In this document: one piece after another, positions 20,301 through 29,449 of the stretch
Numbering within the stretch: position 1 is the first letter of the stretch
How the letters are laid out: the number at the start of each line of letters is the position of its first letter
DNA from: Stramenopiles sp. TOSAG23-2
Taxonomy: Eukaryota
Length of the DNA: 37,899 nucleotides
Assembly (NCBI GenBank): GCA_900128395.1
Contig: LT649322.1
Coordinates: 1-37,899 of the forward strand
Direction of reading: 5' to 3'
Notes under the pieces: model-generated
Told to the model about the DNA's origin: nothing
The model's input: only the letters and a program-made list of their open reading frames with translations
Database searches by the model: none
Translations under genes and position numbers: made by a program

Positions 20301-22184
20301 GGCGAAAGTTGGAAAAATTCTATGACGTCGTTTGACCAAAATGACGATTACGATAGCAATGCTAGTAGTAGTTTCATGGGTAGTGCTGTAAAGGCACCGC
20401 TTTCTGCTCGAACTGATAGTGGAGATTCGAAGAGTAGGTCATTTAGCCAATCGCCAAAAAACTCTCCAAAACCAACAGTAGTCACGGAATTAGAACTTGA
20501 TGATGAAGTGAATGAATCTTCAAATTTAGAATCTTTTGACATGGTCGATGAAGCACGCACCCCTCGAAAACTTTCTCCAAGAAAAAATGTCAACAATAAA
20601 TCGATAAGTTCTACAAAGAAGAAACCTAGTCCTTTAAAAGTCCAGTCATTAGAACAGTCGCAACAAGAACAACAATCAATGCTAGACTCATTTGATATGG
20701 TAGATGATGCCAAATCACCTAAACGTATTTTATCTGCCAAAAAATCTCCAAAGAAAGGTAAAGATAAAAGTAAAACTCCATCTCCTAAATCTGAAAGCAA
20801 GAAAAGTGGAAGTAGAAAAAAGAAATCTCCTCGATCTTCTGGTAAGAAAGATAAGAAGAAATCTAATAAAAAGAGTAATTCCCCAAAAAATAAAGATGCT
20901 AAAGATGATAAATTTGGTGTAACAACTACGAAACAATCACCTAAAAAATCAGTTGTTGAAAAATTGGGTAAAGACAAAGCAGCGGAGGTGCTCACTGATA
21001 TGATTTTAAAAGACCTAGCAATAGATGCATCAAAATCTATTAAAGAAGCGACGGCTATAAAAAATGAAAAAGCCAAATCTGCACCAACCTTACAAGATCA
21101 ACAATTACAAGAAATCAAGGATACAAACAAGAATGCTTCTGCGGACGACGTAGAAGGTTATACGGATGATGGTGGTTCAGATTTTGTTGAGGAAAGTTTA
21201 GATATGGAGGATGATGTTGTAGGTGGCTTGGGCAACACACTGGATGGAGGCGGCGCTGTAGTTTTGAATAGCACTAATGAGGATTTACAAGAGGGAGAAT
21301 CGTCATTAAACGATACGGATAACAATCTTATCGTCGATGGTAACAACGAAGCGGAGGAAATAGATGAAGAAAAAGAGGATATGTATGAATTTGATGAAGA
21401 AGATTATTTAATTGATGATTCAAATAACAATGCTGAGGATAATATTGAAGATGGAACAAGCGAATCTGATACACTTTTACAAATGCAGAAGCTAGATGAA
21501 GAGCTTCGAAAATCATCACAGGCATGGAATGCAAAATCGAAAATTTACATTGACAATTTACTAAAATATGTGGGCTTGCATCCATCCAGCACAGGTTCAG
21601 AAGCTCGTATGAAAATGTTGATATTGGAACTGAAAGTTGATGAAAAAGATCAGTTTTTTGAAATGTTTGAAGATGGTATAATTAGATCAGATGTTTACAT
21701 GGATATAGAGCGAGAAGCAGAAAATGATGATGATGAAGGTATTTACAATAAATTAATCTTCGACGCTATTAATGAATGCATTGAAACTTTTAGGCAGAAA
21801 TATGACACGTCAGGAGATAAGCCATGGATACGAAAACATGGCCCACCGAACATAAGTTTAAATCATCAAAAAATGACAATATCGTTTTTGAAAATCATTG
21901 ATGAGATCATTCACAAATATGATGATTTCGATGCGGATCCAAAACGCGCACGTCGTTTTGCTGATCTAGATGTTGATACAGCAAGTGCATTATCGACAGC
22001 CCCTTTGACGTCTGATGAACGGCTAGAAGTTGTTTTGACAGCTGCTGCAATTGAAGTAGATAAATCTTGGAACGAAGATTATGAGAAAGTAGAAGCTCAA
22101 GTGAAAATACAAGTTGCTGATATGATTTTAGAAGAATTGTTGTATGATACCACATACAATGTGCATTTAGTGAAAGGCGATTGA
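14388..22184 (+). CDS. CEP350: CEP350-like centrosomal/basal-body protein (C-terminal DUF4378/TRM-M2-type domain)
   Basis: 2598-aa ORF. The central motif RLSPGSLSRKLLAEVDLLQELTESEKQL...AQKETIELA resembles the conserved CEP350 block. The C-terminal YNKLIFDAINE...KPW...W.EDYEKVEAQVKIQVADMILEELLYDT is the CEP350/TRM C-terminal domain. Multiple Y.DDFE acidic motifs. Confidence 0.75.
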   Translation: MADKVVVPRRPPNPIVTGKRSIHMTRAPLIYTKGTGSQRVPVFARVIPSMPKAPSVETKIPLPPSSTTDQQQQPMTPTKRQNISPNTNNDGDDTYNNDTFNRTPPESPIDPKVVGLMIEQRRKDYAERLRERHKRIYVKPQHNILKIDSTNTSRKKNNNNNRKRTQKVKVVRDKWEGRPEEKAAILTNNAIKRSEDAMRKLKEDRLMEQRKKESATARRLRVNEMGRLIRQQNKIRMQEEMMRAATAADDDDRFDYENENFDNISNMGQANIDKQNAVHILRNDKTGEQEILKTVISDNILGTNMEENQFNNMVKRSTIHRPPQTKSRKLVMKNAVPPRPRKPRVPRLSGNRSVGNNAKKNKRNRGYESQVKKKRKPPVPRLSGKSKSNTRNNNGGNNHNNNNNRNSNKTKTSKNGFKIASSSKVNSATNPVNKDNDDDVNITKENEKNRIQEFIKEKRKRRRQEKKNETLKEAKEDLLRRKRLRQLDEKFKKRRETIKRRIAEEAREKSKRKKARRKMMKRLRKEKKRSKKTTIDDLPNRANLISGDIYSNAEYVNDNLVDQFEWQAVETNGDEYYNDTDDMGYDRQLSPSPVSMMNDITPSNSRPTSSLAQPYSQNNMNMDQGGEYGNGEDDADFLNREALLNGVGIVSDSNAVKQQQAPSSLQKQSDSGDLNINSDYRKLVEQSAGGQHVTDEQQQVDNSSSDPQEREIILNRMNALKRATEQLSARISVLSSQKGTSGDTGDMDATIVKQMAIPADLQAEEAIERDNMRRAKDTLKSNQRVETESARHIHRLVKEVANAELPEYLDDEDANKSKGNVKKNVERNNKKVQVVEEFNIQKDDLKKNNNKYEEEEDDEDYEDEFDSDGYDDDEDDGEKPGVTSLSTSVRLNNDTSVNVQNDISNRAKSVGKATGSSPTIKEVQTLQQQDSQFNNVLKDAHDLFQKHSKLVDESYPEQKLKISSTYDADDINTIPTTTNPTVNLKLAAEAAAAVAAATRASREALDRARELEADSKIGILSVKINGTRRENNFGGSNNDVVQNPVIIENDFKMSPRAYDIVDSYSILDIYAQDAVQHEHYQKAMVIRDEKLKKQEEEKATEMEEEQKQATVAIQTGTYWDTMLMKDSSHNVTEERGVGGKGVVEIDPKNEQQIRENLPSPHFLNNDTTDTNNDISVEDVPMVPYSPPRSLPMETEKIKRLSPGSLSRKLLAEVDLLQELTESEKQLDAIVHANELQMAQKETIELANQWNAQQEEAAQLAERVAAEQAHAAEMQMQASQITLTLQAAHEEQLLSMNAHLEMIRKENEAAKIRETGAQTTQVVTLNQGTDPEQRSANNQSIALSTGGLIFDARSPNADRTVDDLIENTQEYSADFEIGDDSTLQSSKKSIRKKRSSNDDSEIPDEIDESLSAQQETQNQTQMESIAEEDFVNHEASMQSIVEDYVEDFESVKSEEILIDDSIKEENSAIGRLDGSNRSIVEETDLERSTKRLIKKIQKDMETRHRHENELLDVREAAIKERTKERMNLLEEGQQVHLQQLSVEEIANERDRITYTFKKNIAEVQRQRASLQVRHYREILKLRSRQKILDKLSSTENDEYSSDMESDIVTTDDDGGGRSKSPQSIAEDKDLIIEEPQSVIGKDKNFSRAESFVLEVREVDHVEDEVVEVADEFELNVQEESVQEDLKFTDNESSRALKRSLSRTSEASVDYVDDFEDDFEDDGLVDDSIRMQAISQELKSLQRRVSSGETQESSTDSEEAQSLKKREAELKKRREKAEKLLREKQKIVERARRREVLEAEEKKVNDLLERALKYDVEEEIKKLKSADEQNKTQMHRTSKLSPVQQQLLQNQKMQRELKEEQNNDKSVISNIPSEDEDVVDEVITVHETSTSRMEDSYGDDTFEDSNRSITKKIMSSPTPVKKKENEEISESPTNNKKANTKTTFTIEDDEEESISIESDIVIEDDDVEDNVDIGESWKNSMTSFDQNDDYDSNASSSFMGSAVKAPLSARTDSGDSKSRSFSQSPKNSPKPTVVTELELDDEVNESSNLESFDMVDEARTPRKLSPRKNVNNKSISSTKKKPSPLKVQSLEQSQQEQQSMLDSFDMVDDAKSPKRILSAKKSPKKGKDKSKTPSPKSESKKSGSRKKKSPRSSGKKDKKKSNKKSNSPKNKDAKDDKFGVTTTKQSPKKSVVEKLGKDKAAEVLTDMILKDLAIDASKSIKEATAIKNEKAKSAPTLQDQQLQEIKDTNKNASADDVEGYTDDGGSDFVEESLDMEDDVVGGLGNTLDGGGAVVLNSTNEDLQEGESSLNDTDNNLIVDGNNEAEEIDEEKEDMYEFDEEDYLIDDSNNNAEDNIEDGTSESDTLLQMQKLDEELRKSSQAWNAKSKIYIDNLLKYVGLHPSSTGSEARMKMLILELKVDEKDQFFEMFEDGIIRSDVYMDIEREAENDDDEGIYNKLIFDAINECIETFRQKYDTSGDKPWIRKHGPPNISLNHQKMTISFLKIIDEIIHKYDDFDADPKRARRFADLDVDTASALSTAPLTSDERLEVVLTAAAIEVDKSWNEDYEKVEAQVKIQVADMILEELLYDTTYNVHLVKGD

Positions 22185-22531
22185 AAATGAGAGAGTGTTG
22201 TGTGTGTGATGGTTAAAATCTAAGTTTTTACTTTTTAAATAATTTTATACTTTTCCTGTGGTAAATAATACGAATACGCGTATGCTCAATACTCAATCTC
22301 AGGAATAATATGGAAATATACATGAGATAATGAATACAGTCTTGAAATGATATAAAAACTTTTTTTAATACGAACGTATTTTTTAAAAATACACAAACTA
22401 ACACAACCGTACTCTGGACCCCAGAGATTTTCCTTGCCAGTACTCTGACAAGGAAAATACGACAACCGGTATAATACATCTCTAATTTCTCACACAACAC
22501 ATAATAACACACGAGATTAACATGGACTTGT

Positions 22532-22620
22532 TAATATATATATATATATATATTATAATGTATTAAATATTATACACATTATATATATACATACACACAC
22601 ACACACATATATATATATAT
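22532..22620. repeat. Compound (TA)n/(CA)n microsatellite region
   Basis: Read directly. Similar tracts occur elsewhere, e.g. (TACA)n near 5840-5866, (AG)n near 25425-25451 and (AAT)n near 26968-27000. Confidence 0.9.
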
Positions 22621-22635
22621 GGACGAACAATTTAT

Positions 22636-23274
22636 TCATTTTCTTCTTAATAATGGTTTTTCAATACGAAGGTTTGGCTTTGGTTCTTTGGTTGGACCAG
22701 TTGTAACTTTTTCAACCTCACGGCAATCTGGTTGAAGATAGGTTATCGATTCACCAGTTTTCTTCGTTTTTGTGAAGTATTCTCTGAAGAATGGTTCTTG
22801 TCCCTCTGGGCATATGCAACGATCGAAGAAGTTACCAGAACATGCTTTATGTGCTGGATCTTCCTTTGGTAAGCCAAGGAAACCACATACTTTAACGTTT
22901 TTTGCGTCAATTAAAGCTGGCTGTGCTTTACAGAACATATGTCCTTTTTTGCACATTTTTTCAGCATTACTTTTTAACTCTTTACAAGACGTACCTTTTT
23001 TGATGCAGCATACGTGCATTTTGTTGCTTCCAATCGCACAATATGATTTAATTTCCGTCTCTGCATCGCATGAACAATACCCAGCATCTGGAATTTTTGC
23101 TGCATTCGACGCCCCCCAATGATGTATTGCTACAAAGGCAAGTTCCCTACTATATGCAGTATAACCACATTTGCAATTTTGACCTGTCTTTTCATTACAC
23201 TCCGCACCGTTTGAAAACGATGGTGCAACAAGGCTAAGGCCAATTAAACAAAGCAAAGCAATGACTTTATTCAT
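22636..23274 (-). CDS. Secreted cysteine-rich protein, unknown function
   Basis: 212 aa. Classic signal peptide MNKVIALLCLIGLSLVAPSFS, then 16 Cys in the mature part (CxC and CC motifs). Confidence 0.8.
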   Translation of the reverse strand: MNKVIALLCLIGLSLVAPSFSNGAECNEKTGQNCKCGYTAYSRELAFVAIHHWGASNAAKIPDAGYCSCDAETEIKSYCAIGSNKMHVCCIKKGTSCKELKSNAEKMCKKGHMFCKAQPALIDAKNVKVCGFLGLPKEDPAHKACSGNFFDRCICPEGQEPFFREYFTKTKKTGESITYLQPDCREVEKVTTGPTKEPKPNLRIEKPLLRRK

Positions 23275-23726
23275 TTTTATTCTTTATATTTCCAAATGTT
23301 TGTATATTTATTTTACTGTTTATTCTTATATAACATTTTTTAATCTTACAGTAGTCTACTGTATATTTATATTTTATATTTTATATATATTTTTTTTTAA
23401 GCAATCCTTTGGCATAATAATATTAGCAAACAACAACAACTGGCAAAATCCCCCCCTTCTTTTTTTTAGTTGTTTTTCAATCTAAATCAGCTCAGCATCA
23501 ATGGTTTTATTTTTTTACCTTCAATGAAAAATTATACTTGAAGAAGAGTATAATAAATTACACTACTGACTACTGTATTAATTTTAATATTTTAATAGGA
23601 AACAATACAAATACAATGCTAATGTGCTAATGGTGGATGGCTGCTAAAAATCCTAATTTTTTAGAAAAAAATTTAGCAGCGTTTAGACGATACAAGTGGT
23701 ACATGTGTACTGTGTACATAACGTTT

Positions 23727-24872
23727 TTATAAATCTTCCTCTTCTATAATTTCCTTGACTAAAAATGCAAATTTGGATGACTCTTCCAAACTCAATATAT
23801 TCCCATTCAATGCTATCATAGACGATTTTGTTTTCATTTTCTTACTATTATTATCATTACTACTACTATTATTATTTTCGTTAGGCTTACTTTTCACTAC
23901 TTTCCATTTACCAAGTTCTGGTAAATATTTATTTAATAAATGAACAGATTCAATAATATCCTTTGTATCTGATGCAGACAATGTTTCGGAAAGTGCTTGT
24001 AAATTGACACCTTTACCTTTCGTCATATTATCCTTATTCAATGCCAATTTCAATTTTCTTCTTTTTTCTTTTAATTTTTCCTTCTTTTTTAGTTTTAAAT
24101 TTTTAGATTTTTTTTTTTTTCTAATATTTTTTTGCGATTTGTCATCATGTATCTTAAAAATTCTGTTGCGATGATATTTAATTGGGGAAGATGATGTTAT
24201 ATCTGGAAATCCAAACATATTTAATAATGCATACCCAATGCAAATAACAGTCAGAAAAAACGATATAAAAAAATAAATAAACATTTTGGATGGTTCAACG
24301 ATTGCAACATCAGCAACATTGTTGTCGTTGTTGTTGTTATTGTTTTTGTTGGAAGGAGCAGGAGCAGGATTCTTGGCATTGTTTTCAATTCTTAGTTTGT
24401 TATTATTTTGATCCTTATTTTTTTGTATCGATTCATAGGGAAGGTTCTTTCTTTTATCTTCCTGGTTATTTTTATTTTTGAGATATAACATACCAGACGG
24501 GATCATGCAATCTCTACGTTTTATATTTATAATTATATGTTGATATTTACCCTTTTGTATATGATCGATTCGATGATTTATAATAATCGCACATCCCCAA
24601 TTAAACGTAGGTAATTTCTTGACTATTTTTGACTCTATCCTGTTATAATTAATTGTTCTGCTTTCTATTAAGTTATTTAAATACAATGATGATGATGATA
24701 TTAAAAATACTAATTTATGATTTTCAAAGGATGATATATTCATAAAATCATCAAATTGTAATGTTACTTTGATAGTTTTTGTTGCGGAAGAAATAATTTG
24801 ACATTGGCAGATGAACATGAATGTAATTGTAATTATTACTATGAATAACAACAATACATATTTACAAACCAT
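23727..24872 (-). CDS. Hypothetical membrane protein (N-terminal signal/anchor, one internal TM helix, Lys-rich tail)
   Basis: 381-aa ATG ORF. Hydrophobic N-terminus (VLLLFIVIITITFMFIC) and second hydrophobic segment MFIYFFISFFLTVICIGYALLNMFG, followed by a basic stretch. No family recognised. Confidence 0.6.
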   Translation of the reverse strand: MVCKYVLLLFIVIITITFMFICQCQIISSATKTIKVTLQFDDFMNISSFENHKLVFLISSSSLYLNNLIESRTINYNRIESKIVKKLPTFNWGCAIIINHRIDHIQKGKYQHIIINIKRRDCMIPSGMLYLKNKNNQEDKRKNLPYESIQKNKDQNNNKLRIENNAKNPAPAPSNKNNNNNNDNNVADVAIVEPSKMFIYFFISFFLTVICIGYALLNMFGFPDITSSSPIKYHRNRIFKIHDDKSQKNIRKKKKSKNLKLKKKEKLKEKRRKLKLALNKDNMTKGKGVNLQALSETLSASDTKDIIESVHLLNKYLPELGKWKVVKSKPNENNNSSSNDNNSKKMKTKSSMIALNGNILSLEESSKFAFLVKEIIEEEDL

Positions 24873-25419
24873 ATTATCAGAAATAATTTTATTTAAAACC
24901 GAAAATAAATGTTAAAACTCAAAATACTCAAAACGCCCAAATATACAAGAAAATGCCTTTAAATATTTCTATTATAACGATTAATTGATGTTTCAAAGGA
25001 GACAGTATTATACAGTATAATTTGTATCTCTGAACTTTCTAATAATATATACCATTCATTTTGTAATGTGTTACTAATTATTATCTAGACGACTATGGCC
25101 ATATTTATTTTTTTCAAACTTATGTATACATAACGTTTATCAATTGCAATGTGAACATTTTTTTATAACCCTATCAAATTTAACATATATTAGTATGATA
25201 TATAATAGTCTAAGTCGTTTGATCCAAAATCCAATAATGCCTAAATTGAAAATAACACCCCCTTGTGTCTATGCTATTGGTTTTAGGCGTAGTACTATGC
25301 TAGAATAATATTTACCATGGACACAGCATTGTCTACGATCCCATTTCGCGGGTGAGGAAACGTGATTTAATGACGACCAACAAAGTACATTTACAACAAG
25401 GCCAACAAAGATATTAGAG

Positions 25420-25455
<36 letters not shown>

Positions 25456-25575
25456 ATAACTTTGTATCACACCCTGTCTATATACTTTACTGTCCTGTAC
25501 TGTCCTGTAGTAGTAGTCGTCTTCTCTCAAATAAATGTAGACACACGTATAATACCTTCTTTTGATGAAAGTATA

Positions 25576-26967
25576 ATGTCTGACGAAACAATCATTACAG
25601 CAAAAGAGATTGAGGTTGTTGAAAAAGTACAGGAAAAGAAGGAGGAAGTTGTTGCAAATGTACAGGAAAAGAATGAGGAAGTTGTTGCAAATGTACAGGA
25701 AGAGAATGAGGAAGTTGTTGAAAAAGTAGACGAAAAGAATGAGGAAGTTGTTGAAAAAGTAGAGGAAAAGAATGAGGAAGTTGTTGAAAAAATAGAGGAA
25801 AAGAATGAGGAAGTTGTTGCAAATGTACAGGAAGAAGATATAAATACCAATGTTGGCAGTACAAATGAAGATATTATTACAAGTGACAAAGACAAAAAGA
25901 CACCTGCTCTTAAAAGTAAAAAGAAAAGAAACCGTGCAAAAAGGGCAACATCGAGTTTAAGCGAAATTCTATATACAATAAAACAAAATATATCGTATAG
26001 AAAAAATGTTGCATGTAAAGGTACTTTTATATTATGTTTGAACTTATTTATTATAGGATTGTACGTCTATGGTTTTGTAGTGTATAGTGGATTTTCATGC
26101 GGAATGACCAACTGTCCTGGCACCATATTTTTCTTCATTTTTGGTCTATTAAATACATTATCATTTCTATATTTAATCCTACGATGGAAAGCAAAAGTTA
26201 AACGTAGAATAAAAATAATGTCTACTCCAAATTTTCAATCAAAGAATCCATTTCAACGAATATTAAAAATGTACTATACTAGATTTGGTTTACATGGAAA
26301 ATATTATTTATATAAATTATATGGATCGGAAATGTTAGAAAAAATTTCACAAACATATAATTATATATATATATATACATGTATTTTACCATATGAATTC
26401 ATCATGATGTTTTGTATATTGTACATAATTGATTCAGGTATATTAGTTAAAACAATGTATAAAAGTTTATTTGGTAAAAGGACAATTATATCAGCAACTG
26501 AACGTAATTTACAGTTAGCAAGAGATGTTGTATTTGATTTGATTTGTTTAACGCCTTTATTGATAGCGTATTTAATGTATAACATTCCAATAAATATTAA
26601 CGAAGCAATTTTAATATTCTTAATACCATCCATATCATTATATGGTAAAATACGTTGTCTTTTTAATGAAGCATTGGTTTATAATTTAGATATGTTAGTG
26701 ATAAAACGACAAAATAAAGAATCAGCTGCTATCAAACGACATCGTAAATCGATATATCATCAAGCTATATCTGAAAAACAAGAAAAAATACAAAGTAAAT
26801 ATTTTATAAAACCAGTACGACAAATATTATTATTTATTGGTATCGTACATGTATTGTTTTTTACAAGTATTTTTATTGTACAATTATCACATGGTATTAA
26901 TTTGAACAAACATGATGAAATATGTAGTAAACAATATCAAAATGATAATGATATTATTATGAATATC

Positions 26968-27002
<35 letters not shown>

Positions 27003-28169
27003 AACATCAAAATCTGATCATATAAATATTTGGAGTAACAATGGTTGTAAACTAAAAACACCATTTTGTTATAGTGTATTTGCACCAACATGTAATTGTG
27101 CATATTTATCTTTAGAAAGTGTCGATGTTAAAACTTTACCTTAAAAACACCATTTTGTTATAGTGTATTTGCACCAACATGTAATTGTGCATATTTATCT
27201 TTAGAAAGTGTCGATGTTAAAACTTTACCTGATAATATTGTATATGATATGAATTCATTGAAAAAATTGGAAGTTATTAATTGTAATTTAACAACACTGC
27301 CAAAGAATATGGAACATTTGAAATTAATGGCTTATGTTGATTTATCGTATAATAAATTAACAGAATTTAATGTTGATGTGAAGGAATGGGTATATTTGAG
27401 TCGATTATATTTCGGATTTAACAATATTAGTACATATAATATGGAATCTATTTGGCAACATTCCGCTTTGAAGTATTTGTATGCAAATGATAATCCAAAT
27501 TTTGTAATTTCAAATAAGGTTGAGATTCATATGCCAATGTTATTAGGGCTTGATCTTCGGAACAATAGCATGCAATTGCCAAATAAATTTGGAAAGGGTC
27601 AATTTCCAGCACTTTTGTATCTTTATTTATCTGGCAATAATTTAAATACATTTCCTGATAATTTTGATACATTGAATAATAATCTTTTGGGGATGTTAAT
27701 TGCTCGATGTCAGATATATACATTGCCATCCTATTTATCAACATGCAATAATTTAAATACATTTCCTGATAATTTTGATACATTGAATAATAATCTTTTG
27801 GGGATGTTAATTGCTCGATGTCAGATATATACATTGCCATCCTATTTATCAACATTTAAACGTTTGTTAGAATTTGATGCACGTGATAATAATATAAGTA
27901 TTGTTGATTCGACATTTCAATCCATATTTTATAATGATGAAAATGACAAGTCAAAGCGTGATACCAATCGTCGTGCATTATTTTCTGGAAATCCAGTATG
28001 CCATACAGATATAAATTTGAAAAATAGTTTTAGTTGTGAAAAAATGTGTTCAAAATATTGTTGGTATAAAAAAGAAGAAGTTGATCAAGGTGATGGTTAT
28101 TGTGATCCTGAGTGTAACTCTGAAGAATGTAATTACGATCAAGGAGATTGTAAAGGGAATTTAATTTGA
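25576..28169 (+). CDS. Multi-pass membrane protein with extracellular Cys-capped LRR domain and C-terminal LNR (Notch/Lin-12) repeat; frame broken by an 89-bp duplication
   Basis: ATG at 25576. Several TM helices in 25576-27144. Removing one 89-bp copy joins ...VDVKTLP to DNIVYDMNSLKKL... in frame with ORF 27249-28169, which has LRRs (LxxLxLSxNxL) and ends in GDGYCDPECNSEECNYDQGDC (LNR). Confidence 0.8.
25612..25839 (+). repeat. Coding 33-bp minisatellite (7 x 11-aa EEVV[AN/EK]VxEKN)
   Basis: Direct repeats of the unit gaggaagttgttg(ca/aa)aa(t/a)gta(c/g)aggaaaagaat, read directly. Confidence 0.95.
27053..27230 (+). repeat. Exact 89-bp tandem duplication (frameshifting)
   Basis: 27053-27141 is identical to 27142-27230 (taaaaacaccattttg...aaaactttacct). 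The second copy begins with TAA in the reading frame. Confidence 0.97.
27634..27855 (+). repeat. Exact 111-bp in-frame tandem duplication within LRR region
   Basis: 27634-27744 is identical to 27745-27855 and duplicates NNLNTFPDNFDTLNNNLLGMLIARCQIYTLPSYLST. Confidence 0.97.
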
Positions 28170-28826
28170 TCAGGTTGTAAAAGTTATAACTACAAATACC
28201 TGTACCTGTAAAAAGAGATTTAATAAAAAAGGAAGTGTGCATAAAAGGTTTTGTCACTGTACAGAGTAAAAAATTACGAGTAGTAAAAGTTGAACAAAAA
28301 AGTAATTTTACGTATTAAATAAGTATATTAATATTATCCGCGTTATTAAAAAAACTTTTACTCTCTCCGTTCCTCTCCTACATTCTTTGATAACTTGTAT
28401 AATGACGTATTTAATTCAAAAATAATAATATTTACTCCATTTTGTTCTTTATTATTTTCTTCCTCCTTATTTTTAAAACAATAGAAAATAATTTCTATAC
28501 CTTTAACTATAGATACAGGTAGATAGATTAAGATAGGATAGACTAAGACTATTGCAAACTAAAAAAACCCTTAATTTAATTAAAATCATCGCCCGGCGGC
28601 GGAGGAAAAAAAAAAGATCGAAGAATAATTTTATTACAAAAAAAAAATATATATAAAGTTGAAATATGATAAAGTGTGTAGATGGACAATGTAGCAAAAA
28701 AGAAAAGAAAGAAATTAACTGTAAACATCTAATTGTTCAAAAGACTGATATATATATATATATATATATAAGATTATTTGAAAAAGTTACTATTTATACA
28801 CACACATACACGGGTAAAAAAGCAAC

Positions 28827-29159
28827 ATGCCATCGCAAATTACAACACATATATTAGATACTGCATTAGGCAAACCAGCGGAAGGTGTGAAAATATCTTT
28901 ACAAAAAGCAGATGGGACGGAAATTGCATCTGGTAATACAAATGCTGATGGTAGAATATCTAATTTACTTGGTGATGACGATGCACTTGAACCTGGTGTA
29001 TATAAAATGGTATTTCAAACTGGAGAATATTATAAAGGGTTAGAAACAAAAACGTTTTATCCTGAAGTAACTGTAATGTTTGAAACATTTGATAAAACAC
29101 ATTATCATGTACCATTATTATTAAATCCATTTGGATATTCTACTTATCGTGGTAGTTAA
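28827..29159 (+). CDS. uraH: 5-hydroxyisourate hydrolase (transthyretin-like protein)
   Basis: 110 aa. ITTHILDTALGKPA, TNADGR, FYPEV, HYHVPLLLNPFGYSTYRGS, including the diagnostic C-terminal YRGS. Confidence 0.97.
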   Translation: MPSQITTHILDTALGKPAEGVKISLQKADGTEIASGNTNADGRISNLLGDDDALEPGVYKMVFQTGEYYKGLETKTFYPEVTVMFETFDKTHYHVPLLLNPFGYSTYRGS

Positions 29160-29449
29160 GCTTAATCTCGGTACGTACGAGTAAACAGAAATTATGAAAA
29201 TGTTATACAGTGTATACAGAGTGTGGTGTTGTAATTCATTTTGTCAAGTTGCATATATTTTTATTATTTACGTAAATATTACTATAAATCAAAAAATATA
29301 TTTTTTAAAACGTATTTTAACGCACACACTCTATTTGTCACACTCTTTCTCTCTCTCAGCAGTCACATATATACGCTTGTGTAATGCATTTATTATAAAT
29401 AATAAATTACAGCTCAATAAACTGGTACATATGCCGTTCTTCTTCTGTA

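Noticed and set aside
27249-28169. Independent LRR gene
   Set aside because: No signal peptide or promoter space, and it joins the upstream ORF in frame once one 89-bp copy is removed.
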